A stretch of 64,000 nt of DNA, from positions 127,225 to 191,224 of the forward strand of contig CAZCHF010000001.1 of NCBI GenBank assembly GCA_964498325.1, in the 5' to 3' direction. Under the pieces are notes generated by a model. It was not told the origin of the DNA. It saw only the letters and a list, made by a program, of their open reading frames with translations, and did no database searches. Below, in pieces: positions 47,236 to 57,117 of the stretch; position 1 is the stretch's first letter, and every line of letters starts with the position of its first letter. This DNA comes from an uncultured Candidatus Kuenenia sp. (GTDB lineage: Bacteria > Planctomycetota > Planctomycetia > Pirellulales > UBA1268). Made by a program: the position numbers and the translations under genes.

Positions 47236-47970
47236 CTACGCGGCCGTGACGCCGTGGCTTTCGCCGAAGTAGTACTTCTTGGCGTCGGGGTGGTTCAGCA
47301 CTTCTTCGGCCGAGCCGTGACAGAGCACCTTGCCGGCGCGGATGACGTAGCTGCGGTCGGTGATCGCGAGGGTTTCCCGTTCGCGGTGGTCGGTGATGAG
47401 GATCGAGATGCCGTCGTCGCGGAGCCCCTGGATGATCTTTTGGATCGAATGGATCGTCACCGGGTCGATGCCGGTAAACGGCTCGTCCAAGAGAATGATC
47501 CGAGGCTCGGTGACGAGGCAGCGGGCGATCTCGAGCCTGCGCTTCTCGCCACCCGAGATGTAGTGGGCCTTTGATTTTCGGATGCGACCGATGTCGAACT
47601 GCTCGAGCAGTTCCTCGCACCGGCGACGACGCTCCTTCGGCGCCATGCCGATGAGTTCCATGATCGCGAGCAGATTCTGCTCGACCGTGAGCTTGCGGAA
47701 GACGCTCTGCTCCTGGGCGAGGTAGCCCATGCCACCGTCACGGGCCCGCTTGTACATCGGCCAATCGGTCACCTCGGCGTCGTCCAGGAGCACGTGCCCG
47801 GCGTCGGGGATCACCATGCCGCAGGTCATCCGGAAGCTGGTCGTCTTTCCAGCCCCGTTCGGTCCGAGCAGACCGACGATCTCACCGGTCTCGACGTGAA
47901 AATCGACGCCGTCCACCACCCGGCGGCGGCCGTAGTTCTTCACGAGACCGGTGACCGACAAGAGCGACAT
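47236..47970 (-). CDS. lptB: LPS export ABC transporter ATP-binding protein
   Basis: GLLGPNGAGKTT, GYLAQEQSVFRKLTV, ISGGEKRRLEIAR, LLDEPFTGIDP, ILITDH. Confidence 0.93.
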   Translation of the reverse strand: MSLLSVTGLVKNYGRRRVVDGVDFHVETGEIVGLLGPNGAGKTTSFRMTCGMVIPDAGHVLLDDAEVTDWPMYKRARDGGMGYLAQEQSVFRKLTVEQNLLAIMELIGMAPKERRRRCEELLEQFDIGRIRKSKAHYISGGEKRRLEIARCLVTEPRIILLDEPFTGIDPVTIHSIQKIIQGLRDDGISILITDHRERETLAITDRSYVIRAGKVLCHGSAEEVLNHPDAKKYYFGESHGVTAA

Positions 47971-48088
47971 CCATACACCTCGCGCTTACCGCCGCTGGAA
48001 GCGGCGGTTGTCGGCCGTGGCAAACCTCGGCTTTGCCACGGCCCACCAAGCGGAAAAAGGCCATGGATGGCTTTTTCCGCGGCTCAAT

Positions 48089-49762
48089 TCAACGCACGAA
48101 CCGCATCCTCGCGAAGTTCGGCAGGAAGGGCAACCGCAGTTCCCAGCCACACCGTTCGCCCACTTTCACATTCCACGGGGTCGGAACGGCATGTGGCCAC
48201 CAGACGACCAGCGCCCGGCCGACCAACAGCCGGCGATCCACGTGGTGGAGCGGTGCATCGAGCGTGCCCCACGCGCGGCAGTCTTTGCTGGCCGACGAAT
48301 TGTCACCGAGAACAAAAAACTGATCGTCGTGCAATGGAAAAGACAGGAACTGCTCTTCGGCCTCGCGTCCATGGAACCCCGCCAGGGTGGAGGAGGCGAT
48401 GTAATGGATGTCGCGGAGGACCGACATGTCGGCGACCCGCACACTCCCTCCGGTCACGGTCACGCCGACGGGTGCAAGGTCGCAGGCCCCCGTGTCGCCA
48501 GGCTTGTGGCCACGAAGCGACGGTTTGGATTCGACCGCATCGATCAGGTTTCGATGCCATGTCGTCGTTCCTTCGGTCTTCACCCGTCGCCCGTTTACCG
48601 CCAGCGAAATCTCGTCATCGACGTTCGCAAAAAGGATCGTCCAGCGCCCCTTGCCGCGCACCGCCGTGACCGCGCTGGCATGGACAGGATCATCGCCTTC
48701 GCGGGCGAGCCTGGCCGACCCCGTCGCCAGGTCGATCGAACAGATATGCCGCACGCCCGCCTTGACGAGATCAAAGGTGACGACCCCGGTGCCACTTTCG
48801 CTTTCGAGCCGACATTCGATCGCGAGGTCGCCCACCCAACGAGCCCCGTCGACCAGGCAGCCGTGCATCGGACTGCGATGTAGACCGACGTATTCAGGGT
48901 CTTGGTTATAGGGCTGAAAGTCTCCGACCAAGGCGGGCTCAACCTTGCCGGCGAATCGTTGGCCCGGCTCGAATGCCTCCGGCAAAAGCCGGCGCCAGCG
49001 CAGCATGGCCGGGCCATCCGCCGTTACGGAGTAGGAGCGGCCACTGTCGGAGGTCGTCCAGCGGGGCTGCGGGCCTTCTGCAGACCAATCGCTCCAGGCA
49101 TCCGGAAACCCCGCCTCCCGAAGTGGTGTCGCGACCCGCCGACTGTCGTGCACCGTCTGGAGCATCGCCCGCATCCGTTCGGGGGGCTTTCGCGCGATCA
49201 CGGCTTCCTCTTCGCCACGGCTCGTCCAGATATCCCCCGCCGCGATCACCACGGTCTCCCCGGGGAGCCCGACGAGGCGCTTGATGTAGTTGGTCTTCGC
49301 GTCTTCGGGATACTTGAAGACCATGACATCCCATCGCTTCGGCTCAGAAAAGTCGTACGCGAGCTTCTCGACGAGAATCCGATCCCCCGCGAATGCCGGA
49401 TAGTCATGCTTGTATCTCCCGGCCGCGTCCGTGAGTCGCATGAACACGCCGCAGCACGGGCAACGGGCCTGCCGCACGAAAGCCCGCGGATTCAGGGTGC
49501 AACTCCCGTCGTCGAGTTCCTTGCTGGCACCCACGCGAAACGAGGTGCCGCAGGTCTCGCAGACCAAGTCGCGATGGCGCCCCATGAGCGTGTTGGCCAT
49601 GGAACCGGTCGGAATGACGAACGCCTCCGCCTCGAACGATCGAAACAAGAGCGCGAGCACGAACGCCACGACCATCGACTCGACCGTCTCCCGCCAGCCC
49701 CCGCGGGGGTTCTGGAGAACATCTCCGAGGCGCAGGGCAGAATCGGTCGATCGAGTTTCCAT
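48089..49762 (-). CDS. lepB: Signal peptidase I, long planctomycete type with CxxC and beta-rich insertions
   Basis: FVIPTGSM (Ser), YIKRLVGLPGE (Lys), FFVLGDN...D.R.W. Confidence 0.9.
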   Translation of the reverse strand: METRSTDSALRLGDVLQNPRGGWRETVESMVVAFVLALLFRSFEAEAFVIPTGSMANTLMGRHRDLVCETCGTSFRVGASKELDDGSCTLNPRAFVRQARCPCCGVFMRLTDAAGRYKHDYPAFAGDRILVEKLAYDFSEPKRWDVMVFKYPEDAKTNYIKRLVGLPGETVVIAAGDIWTSRGEEEAVIARKPPERMRAMLQTVHDSRRVATPLREAGFPDAWSDWSAEGPQPRWTTSDSGRSYSVTADGPAMLRWRRLLPEAFEPGQRFAGKVEPALVGDFQPYNQDPEYVGLHRSPMHGCLVDGARWVGDLAIECRLESESGTGVVTFDLVKAGVRHICSIDLATGSARLAREGDDPVHASAVTAVRGKGRWTILFANVDDEISLAVNGRRVKTEGTTTWHRNLIDAVESKPSLRGHKPGDTGACDLAPVGVTVTGGSVRVADMSVLRDIHYIASSTLAGFHGREAEEQFLSFPLHDDQFFVLGDNSSASKDCRAWGTLDAPLHHVDRRLLVGRALVVWWPHAVPTPWNVKVGERCGWELRLPFLPNFARMRFVR

Positions 49763-49807
49763 GGCGCGTGCGTCTCTCAAGGCTCCGTGAGCTTGTACCA
49801 TTCTTTC

Positions 49808-50419
49808 TCAACGGGGCACAGACTGACGCCCGCCGGCTTCTGATCCGTCCCCCGCGGGAGCGCCGCGACGCTGCGAGGAACCCTCCTCATGCTGGGCGAG
49901 AATCGATCTCACGGTCACGTCGATGTCGGCATAGGTAAACGGCCGGCCAAGCGTGCGGGCCGCCATGTCGTCGTCGTAGCGCATCGCGAGCGAGCCGTCG
50001 GGCTTCCAGACAGCGACTGCCGGCACGCTGGCCAGGTCGAGTTTTTCGTAGATCGCGTCGGCTTCCTCGGAAGCGACGAAATTCACGACGCGCTGGGCGC
50101 CGGCCTTCTCGAGAAATGCCTGCACCGGAGGCAGGCACTCCTCGGGCTTTCCGAACCCGTCATACTCGATGGCCAGTGACAGACAGACCACGCTGTCGCC
50201 ATGCTTGTCGGCCAGCGCGACAAGCCCCGGAAACTCCTTCACGCACGGCGGGCAGGAGGTGCTCCAATAGTCCAGGACGACCACCTTGCCTTCATGCTTT
50301 TTGACCTCGGCCATGAGCCCATCGTAGTCGACCAACCGCACATGAACGGCATGTTCCGCCGCTGGCAATCCACCGGCCCACGCCACCATCGCGAGCACGC
50401 TCCCCCACACCGTCGACAC
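49808..50419 (-). CDS. TlpA family thiol-disulfide oxidoreductase
   Basis: GKVVVLDYWSTSCPPCVKEFP. Start uncertain (GTG 50419 or ATG 50389); the longer ORF-track extension is rejected. Confidence 0.82.
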   Translation of the reverse strand: MSTVWGSVLAMVAWAGGLPAAEHAVHVRLVDYDGLMAEVKKHEGKVVVLDYWSTSCPPCVKEFPGLVALADKHGDSVVCLSLAIEYDGFGKPEECLPPVQAFLEKAGAQRVVNFVASEEADAIYEKLDLASVPAVAVWKPDGSLAMRYDDDMAARTLGRPFTYADIDVTVRSILAQHEEGSSQRRGAPAGDGSEAGGRQSVPR

Positions 50420-50426
50420 GCCCCGA

Positions 50427-50945
50427 ATGCCACGCTTTGAGCACATCCGCCACAAGCCTCCGGAGCCGCTCGCGGCACCGCGCGAGTTGGTCGTGGCCTG
50501 CGCACCGATGCGAAGCCACATCAATCTGTCCCATATCGTACGCACCTGCGGCTGCTTCGGCATCCGTCGCGTGATCGCCTGCGGCGCCGCCGGGATCCAT
50601 GGGAAGATCGCCCGTGACGGAGCCGAGGCCGTGACGATCGAGATCCATCGCAGTCTGCCCCCCGTGCTCGAACGCCTGCGCGAGGACGGATTCGAAGTCG
50701 TCGGACTCGAACAGACGACCGACTCGGAGCCGCTCTTCACGTTTTCCTTCGCGGCACGAACGGCGATCGTCATCGGCAACGAGCGCACGGGCCTGACCGA
50801 CGACGAACTGGCCCGTCTTGATCGTGTCGCCGAGATCCCGATGGCGGGGATGCCCCACAGCCTCAATGCCGCGACCTCGACGGCGATCGCCGTCTACGAA
50901 TACTGCCGACAATGGCCACGAGGTGGCCGGGGCATGCCACCATGA
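50427..50945 (+). CDS. TrmH/SpoU family RNA methyltransferase
   Basis: NLSHIVRT, IVIGNERTGL, IPMAGMPHSLNAA. Confidence 0.88.
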   Translation: MPRFEHIRHKPPEPLAAPRELVVACAPMRSHINLSHIVRTCGCFGIRRVIACGAAGIHGKIARDGAEAVTIEIHRSLPPVLERLREDGFEVVGLEQTTDSEPLFTFSFAARTAIVIGNERTGLTDDELARLDRVAEIPMAGMPHSLNAATSTAIAVYEYCRQWPRGGRGMPP

Positions 50946-51874
50946 CGCTCGTGATCGGAACCGACGAAGCTGGCTACGGCCCCAACCTCGGGCCGCTCGT
51001 CGTGGCGGCCACGGCGTGGCGCGTGAACGAGGAGCCGGGCTCGGTCGACGAACAACTCGCGACGGCGATTACCGCGGCCTCGCCCGGCCTCTGGGGCGAC
51101 TCCAAGAAGATTTTTCGAGCCGGCGCGGGCTTCGACGCGCTCGAGCGGGGCGTGCATGTGGCGCTCGCGATTCTGCCGGGCGGAACACCGCCTGCGCGCT
51201 GGGCCGACCTCGCAGGAGCCTTCGACGCCCCGATCCCCATGGATTGGCCCGAGGTCGAGGCGCTCGAAAACCTTGCGATCCCGCGCGACCGCCATGAGAC
51301 GTCGTGGCGTGATCAAGCCGTCGTCATCGGCGATTCCCTTGCTGCCTTCGGGGTTCGCCTCGAAGCCATGCGGGCCCGCATCATTCCGCCTGGGGCATTC
51401 AACGCGATGCTGGATTCCGGCCTGAACAAGAGTGACATCCTTTCGCAGGCCACACTCGACCTCGCCGCATCACTCGCGTCACGATCCGCCGCGAGCGAGC
51501 CACGGCTCATCTGGTGCGACCGGCACGGGGGCCGCCGTCGGTATGCACCGCTTGTGTCTCGGGCATTCGATCTCCCCCTCGTGCGACCACTTGAAGAGAC
51601 CGCCACCTGCAGTGCGTACGAGCTGCCGCCCGACGGCCGCATCGAGTTCACCGTCGGTGGCGAAGCCCGAATTCCAGTGGCCCTCGCCAGCATGACCGCC
51701 AAATACCTCCGCGAGCTGTGCATGCGTGCCTTCAACGCCTTCTGGGGTGCACGCCTTGCGGGACTCGAGCCCACCGCCGGCTATCCCGTCGATGCCCTGC
51801 GCTGGCGCCGTGACGCGGCCGCCGCCATCGAAGAAACCGGCCTCGACATCGACGCCATCTGGCGACGGGCTTAG
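50942..51874 (+). CDS. RNase HII-like nuclease (divergent)
   Basis: GTDEAGYGP..GPLVV, DSKK, CDRHGG, VALASMTAKYLRE, GYP; ATGA overlap. Confidence 0.7.
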   Translation: MTLVIGTDEAGYGPNLGPLVVAATAWRVNEEPGSVDEQLATAITAASPGLWGDSKKIFRAGAGFDALERGVHVALAILPGGTPPARWADLAGAFDAPIPMDWPEVEALENLAIPRDRHETSWRDQAVVIGDSLAAFGVRLEAMRARIIPPGAFNAMLDSGLNKSDILSQATLDLAASLASRSAASEPRLIWCDRHGGRRRYAPLVSRAFDLPLVRPLEETATCSAYELPPDGRIEFTVGGEARIPVALASMTAKYLRELCMRAFNAFWGARLAGLEPTAGYPVDALRWRRDAAAAIEETGLDIDAIWRRA

Positions 51875-51961
51875 CTGTCCGCAGAAAAAGCCATCCATGG
51901 CCTCGTTCCACAGTCTGCGAGCCGGCTTGAACCGGTCGATGGCCGCAAGCACAATCCGGTC

Positions 51962-52462
51962 ATGCCCATGCTCACCACGCACCTGTACATCGCGAGACAC
52001 GCCGTCGCCGAGGATGCGTCGCCCGATGGCGACGATCGCAGCCGACGGCTTACACCGAAGGGCCGCAAACGGTTTGCGCGGATGGTGCGCCGGCTCATCG
52101 ACGCGGGGCTCGAGATCGACCTGATCGCCACAAGTCCGCTCGTGCGCTGTCGGCAAACGGCCGACATTCTGGCCGAGGAGCTCTTGAATCGGCCGGACGT
52201 CATCGCGCTCGACGCCCTTGCGCCGTCGTCCGACTGGCACGCCCTCGTCGAATGGACGGTGCAGCAAGACGCTGCCCGCGTGGCCTGGGTGGGACACGCT
52301 CCGTGTGTGGGGCGACTGCTCGGCGAGGCCATCGGCGAAGGCGGGGCCTCCGTGCGGTTCGCCAAGGGAGCCATCGCGTCGATCGTGTGTGGAGACGGCC
52401 TCGGTCAGCCTGGCGAACTTGAATGGTTGGTGACGCCGGACATCCTTGGAAGGCGCGCGTAG
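51962..52462 (+). CDS. sixA: SixA-like phosphohistidine phosphatase
   Basis: RHA, LTPKG, SPLVRCRQTA, VGHAP. Confidence 0.82.
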   Translation: MPMLTTHLYIARHAVAEDASPDGDDRSRRLTPKGRKRFARMVRRLIDAGLEIDLIATSPLVRCRQTADILAEELLNRPDVIALDALAPSSDWHALVEWTVQQDAARVAWVGHAPCVGRLLGEAIGEGGASVRFAKGAIASIVCGDGLGQPGELEWLVTPDILGRRA

Positions 52463-52576
52463 CTACGCGGCGCAACGCTTGGCGACCTTGGCTCCCATGG
52501 GTAGCCCGGTTTCTCCGAAACCAGGTCAACGACCTTGCCAGGAGACCCAGTCATGGAGTGACTGGGCTACCGTGCC

Positions 52577-53131
52577 CTACCAGCGGTGGGAAGGGACTTC
52601 GAGGATCTCACGCACGATGATGAGCTTGCGAAGATTCTCGGGCGAGCGGAGCGACGCGATGAGCTCGGCCGATGGGGCCGCGGCGATGGCAGCGACCGAT
52701 TGAGCTGCGGTTCCCGAGGGTGATTCATGGGCGAGGTCGTGGGCAAACGCCTCTTCGACATGCCTCGCGACATCGTCGCGCGATCCCCGTGAAGGGACAG
52801 GGGCTGCCTGCTTCTTCGGCTTTTGCTTTTGTTTTTGCTGCTTCGGTGAACGTGGTGGCTCGGGGGGCGACGGTTGACGGGTTGGCTCGACCCCGAGCGT
52901 CCGACGCAAGATCTCCTCGATTTCTCGATCGAGCTCGGGAGGACGTCCCTGGCCTGCCGGTGGCGGCACGGGTCGCCTCTGCGGGGGCCTGGCTGGCTGC
53001 TGAGGCGCCTTCGCAGCGTTGCGAAACACGTTGATGACCTGCGTGATGATCCAGATCGCCACGAACAGGACCGGCACGAGGATGTCGATCAGGTCGCCGC
53101 GGAAGGCCGCCACAAGGACCGCGTCTCGCAT
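52577..53131 (-). CDS. Hypothetical membrane-anchored protein, positional YqfB analogue downstream of floA
   Basis: N-terminal TM, Pro/Gln/Lys-rich middle, LRKLIIVREIL C-terminus. Confidence 0.65.
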   Translation of the reverse strand: MRDAVLVAAFRGDLIDILVPVLFVAIWIITQVINVFRNAAKAPQQPARPPQRRPVPPPAGQGRPPELDREIEEILRRTLGVEPTRQPSPPEPPRSPKQQKQKQKPKKQAAPVPSRGSRDDVARHVEEAFAHDLAHESPSGTAAQSVAAIAAAPSAELIASLRSPENLRKLIIVREILEVPSHRW

Positions 53132-53145
53132 GGGACACCTCAGCG

Positions 53146-54186
53146 TCAGGAAGCTGCGGCGGATGCGCCGGTCACGGCCGGTGAACCCACCGCGATCGAT
53201 CGCCGCATCTCCGTATCCGCCTGCATGTTGCGCAGCCGGTAGTACTCCAAAATGCCGAGTCGGCCGGCAGAGAGCGATTCCGCGATCGCCTTGGGGACCT
53301 CGGCTTCGGCATCCACGAGGTTCGCCCGGCTCTCTTCGATGCCCGCGATCATTTCCTGCTCACGGGCTACCGCCATGGCCCTGCGACCTTCCGCATTGGC
53401 CCGAGCCACGCGGGTGTCGGCCTCGGCCTGGTCGGCCTGCAGCCGCGCGCCGATGTTCGCACCGACGTCGATGTCGGCGATGTCGATCGAGACGATCTCG
53501 AACGCGGTGTTGGCATCGAGCCGGCGGGCGAGCACGGTCTTCGAGATGACATCAGGGTTCTCGAGCACGTCGGTGTGCCGCTCCGAGGAACCGATCGCCG
53601 ACACGATACCTTCACCGACACGGGCGATGATCGTTTCTTCGGTGGCACCGCCGATGAGCTGATAGAGGTTCGTGCGCACGGTGACCCGCGCCTTCACCTT
53701 GAGCTGGATGCCGTTCTTGGCCACGGCGTCGAGCGACTCACGGCCGCTGTTCCGGCCTGGGCAGTCGATCACTTTCGGGTACACCGAGGTCTGCACGGCC
53801 TCGCGGACGTTGCGCCCCGCGAGATCGATCGCCGCTGCCCGCTTGAAATCGAGCTCGGTGATCTTGGCCTTGTTGGCCGCAATGAGAGCCTGAATGACCA
53901 GCGGCACGCGGCCACCGGCGAGGTAGTGGGCCTCGAGGGCCTGACGTGTGACGCCGCTTGAGTCCCCGAGCCCGGCCTGCACCGCCATGATCTTGCTGCG
54001 CACGATCACCGCTGGATTGATCTTCTTGAAGCTCATCGCAACCATGTCGAAAAGGCCGATGCCGGCGCTCGACGCATACGACTGCACCCACAGCCGCAGG
54101 TACTTGGCGACGAACGCGAAGATGACCAGCGCCACGAGGATTGCGGCGCCGAGCAGAATGAGCGGCAGGACGTTGGCGTTGTTCAT
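53146..54186 (-). CDS. floA: Flotillin-like protein FloA (YqfA)
   Basis: [63 protein letters not shown]. Confidence 0.95.
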   Translation of the reverse strand: MNNANVLPLILLGAAILVALVIFAFVAKYLRLWVQSYASSAGIGLFDMVAMSFKKINPAVIVRSKIMAVQAGLGDSSGVTRQALEAHYLAGGRVPLVIQALIAANKAKITELDFKRAAAIDLAGRNVREAVQTSVYPKVIDCPGRNSGRESLDAVAKNGIQLKVKARVTVRTNLYQLIGGATEETIIARVGEGIVSAIGSSERHTDVLENPDVISKTVLARRLDANTAFEIVSIDIADIDVGANIGARLQADQAEADTRVARANAEGRRAMAVAREQEMIAGIEESRANLVDAEAEVPKAIAESLSAGRLGILEYYRLRNMQADTEMRRSIAVGSPAVTGASAAAS

Positions 54187-54229
54187 GAAAAAGGCTCAGG
54201 GATGGATGCGTCGGCGCAGAAAGCGCCGG

Positions 54230-54886
54230 TCAAGCCTTGTTCGTGGTTGGGGGCGAGTCAAGCGACGGCCCGCCAGATTTCCCGTGCATGGCATCGAAAT
54301 CGAACGATTCGAGGACTGGCGACAGCCGGGGCTGGGGCGAATCCGGCCGGTTTTCCGGCAGGGGCTCGATGGCGGGAACCGCGCCGGGCTGGGGCACCCC
54401 GCCGCTGCGGACGACCAGGGCCCGCCCCTGAACGCCCACCACCTCGATCCGGGTGTTCTCCGGAATCGGGCCCCCCTCGCTCACCGCATCGATCCTGCGA
54501 CCATCGACGTCGACATGGCCCCAGGGCAGAAGCTCGCTCGTGGTGTGGCCAAACCGGCCGACGAGGCCGCGGAGTCGCTGGCGCACGCCGGCGTCGGGAA
54601 TGACCTCGTCCGGCTCCGGGGCCGGTGGCAAAACCCGTCGGCCGAGCGGCGTGAGCGGAAACCACCGAAACGCCAGGACGAGCACGATCGGCACCGCGAC
54701 AAACAAACCGGCCAGCACCGCGAGGCCCGCCAGGGCGCCGAGCTCGTAGAAAGCCGTCACCACGGCCGCGCCGAGCGCTGCGACCGCGAGCAACCCGAGC
54801 ACCCCCCCCGAAGGCACAAAAACCTCGAGGAGGATCATCCCGAGGCCCACCGCGACGAGGGCTGCGATCCAAAGCGATGGGTTCAT
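54230..54886 (-). CDS. Short NfeD family protein (TM bundle + OB fold)
   Basis: LLEVFVPSGGVLG; G.T.SELLPWG.V.VDGRRIDAVSEG..I...IEVV. Confidence 0.85.
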   Translation of the reverse strand: MNPSLWIAALVAVGLGMILLEVFVPSGGVLGLLAVAALGAAVVTAFYELGALAGLAVLAGLFVAVPIVLVLAFRWFPLTPLGRRVLPPAPEPDEVIPDAGVRQRLRGLVGRFGHTTSELLPWGHVDVDGRRIDAVSEGGPIPENTRIEVVGVQGRALVVRSGGVPQPGAVPAIEPLPENRPDSPQPRLSPVLESFDFDAMHGKSGGPSLDSPPTTNKA

Positions 54887-57012
54887 GCGGGCGTCACCGG
54901 TCGCACGATGAGGCGTCCCCCACGGACCTCGACAACCCGCACCGAGACACCGGGTTCGATGAGCATGCCATCACTCGAGACGTCACGCACTTCGCCGGCG
55001 ATCCTGGCCTTCCCTGCCATGGCCAGCCGCGTCGTGGTGAGTCCTTCCGCGCCCATGAGCATCTCCAATTCCTCGTCATGAAAAACTTCCGCAGGCGGTG
55101 GCTCGAGAAGCATCATGCGAAGTCCGGGCGTCGACGGCAGCCATTGCTTGATGATCGACGCCACCACGGCCACGCCCACGAACGCGGCGAGGATTCCCGC
55201 GAGCGACCACTGCATCTGCCGCAACTGGTAGGCATTCGCCGGAAGCACGAACGACTGGCTGGCCAGCACGAGGGAGGCGATCACGAGCAGGCCGCCCCCC
55301 AAGCCCAGCACCCCAAAACCGGGCAGCACGAAAATCTCCGCCAGCACGCAGACCACGCCGGCCAGAAAGAGCATCACTTCGAGCCAGCCGGCGGTGCCGT
55401 TCAAGTATTGGCTCCAGAAGTAGATGATGAACGCGACCATCGCCACGAATCCGCCAAAACCCACGCCCGGTGTCTTGAGTTCGATATAGAGGCCCGCGCC
55501 ACCGATCAGCAGCAACAGCCAGGCGAGGCTCGGGCTGGCCAGGGCTGCCAGGAGCTCGTCGGCCCACCCAGGCTCGACGACGCCCATGTCGTCGTCGAGG
55601 CCGTAGGCTCGTCGCAACCCTGAAAAATCGTCGACCACATACGCGGCCAGGCCGAGTTCCTCGGCCCGCTGGCCGTTGACCACCAAGGGACTTGTCCCCA
55701 ACTCACCGCCGAGCCGCCACTCGTCACGGTCGCTGCGGGCGGCAAGCTCCTCTGCGGTAAAATACTCGACCCGACCGGTGCCTTGCTGTTCGGCCCGTTG
55801 CACGACGAACCCCGGAAGGACCGTTGCCAACGGGAGTGACCAGGGTCGCTCCCGTAGCTTGGCGACGCCCGCCCGCCATGCCACCGCGATCGCCTCCGCT
55901 CGGCGCTCATCGATCGTCGCCGAACCGTCGCCGCCAAGCACCGCCCCCGGCCGCATGACGACTTCATCACAAGCCAGGGCCACGAGGGCCGCGTCACCAC
56001 GGGCCTCGTTCGGCACCCAGGCCACCGAGCGCACTTTCGCAGGATCGAGTCCTGCCAGCCAGTTGGCGAGCACCAGGCTCTGCTCCGGGGCACCACCAGC
56101 CGAGTCGATCTTGAGACAGACGAAATTCGCCCCATCGCTGACCGCTCGGTCGATGCGGTTCCGCACCCGCGTGACGGCATCCGGCCCGATCACCCCGGAG
56201 AGCGACACCTGCACGCCCCGCCACCCCCCTTCGAGCGATGGGTCGATCACGAGTGACTTTTCATCGAGTCCGAGGCCGCGGGCCAGTTCCGCTTCCGAAG
56301 TGGCCAAGAGCCCGACGAATCCGAACTCACGTGCCCGCCTTCCGTCGAGGGCGAGCGGGGCCGGATCGAGCCTCTCACTCGCCACCACAGCAGCACGCTC
56401 CTTGACGGCATCGAGATCATGCTCAGCCACAAACTCGGCACCGGCGTCGGTCGCAACCTTGAGCACCCGCGTGCCGGGATCGACCATGGCCACGGCCACG
56501 GTGGGCGGCACGGTCCGGCGTCGGGCCGCGATCTCACGGTAGGCCGCCCGCATCGCGTCATCGACCACAGGCTCACGGACATTCGCCGGCCCCAACTCGG
56601 CAGCGGGCGGCATCGCGATCATGTCACAGGCCAGGGCCACGAGCACGGCATGCCCTTTGATGCCTTCGGGAAGCCAGGCAACCGTCTTCACGCCACTCAG
56701 CCGGCTGCTCGTGAGGAAACGAGCAAGTTCCAGGGCACGACCAAAATCGCTCGCCGAAGGGTCGTCCCCCTGGGCTTCGTCAAACCGCAGCACGAGCACA
56801 CCCCGCTGCTTGTGTCCTTGCAGCCGGTCAAGCTGACGAAGGATCGTTCCGCGCACCTGTGTGTCGCGATTGCCGGTCAGCGGCAGCGGCACCGATAGAA
56901 GGACAGCTTCCGGCGGCCGCGGCGCCGGCTCATCGGCCGCTGCGAGCGGCGCTGCAAATGCGGCGAGCACCACCCAGCAGACCGCGCCGCGAACGACCCG
57001 ACCAAACTGCAT
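54883..57012 (-). CDS. Long NfeD family protein with two ClpP-like domains (nucleophile Ser absent), TM bundle and OB fold
   Basis: Start reassigned to ATG 57012 (MQFGRVVRGAVCW, signal-like); KIDSAGG; IELKTPGVGFGG; EIFVLPGFG. Confidence 0.82.
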   Translation of the reverse strand: MQFGRVVRGAVCWVVLAAFAAPLAAADEPAPRPPEAVLLSVPLPLTGNRDTQVRGTILRQLDRLQGHKQRGVLVLRFDEAQGDDPSASDFGRALELARFLTSSRLSGVKTVAWLPEGIKGHAVLVALACDMIAMPPAAELGPANVREPVVDDAMRAAYREIAARRRTVPPTVAVAMVDPGTRVLKVATDAGAEFVAEHDLDAVKERAAVVASERLDPAPLALDGRRAREFGFVGLLATSEAELARGLGLDEKSLVIDPSLEGGWRGVQVSLSGVIGPDAVTRVRNRIDRAVSDGANFVCLKIDSAGGAPEQSLVLANWLAGLDPAKVRSVAWVPNEARGDAALVALACDEVVMRPGAVLGGDGSATIDERRAEAIAVAWRAGVAKLRERPWSLPLATVLPGFVVQRAEQQGTGRVEYFTAEELAARSDRDEWRLGGELGTSPLVVNGQRAEELGLAAYVVDDFSGLRRAYGLDDDMGVVEPGWADELLAALASPSLAWLLLLIGGAGLYIELKTPGVGFGGFVAMVAFIIYFWSQYLNGTAGWLEVMLFLAGVVCVLAEIFVLPGFGVLGLGGGLLVIASLVLASQSFVLPANAYQLRQMQWSLAGILAAFVGVAVVASIIKQWLPSTPGLRMMLLEPPPAEVFHDEELEMLMGAEGLTTTRLAMAGKARIAGEVRDVSSDGMLIEPGVSVRVVEVRGGRLIVRPVTPA

Positions 57013-57104
57013 GGCACATGCTCCGGCAAAAACAAGCGTCGAGGAAGCAAACTCAATAATAGTACGGCCAGTACGGCGCAATAGGACGACGACCCGAACC
57101 ATCT

Positions 57105-57110
57105 TATACT
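57105..57110 (+). promoter_or_regulatory. Putative -10 box giving a leaderless pyrE transcript
   Basis: TATACT, 7 nt before ATG 57118; no SD sequence. Confidence 0.45.
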
Positions 57111-57117
57111 CCCCCCT

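Noticed and set aside
50420-50866. N-terminal extension of the TlpA ORF
   Set aside because: Antisense to the well-supported TrmH gene.
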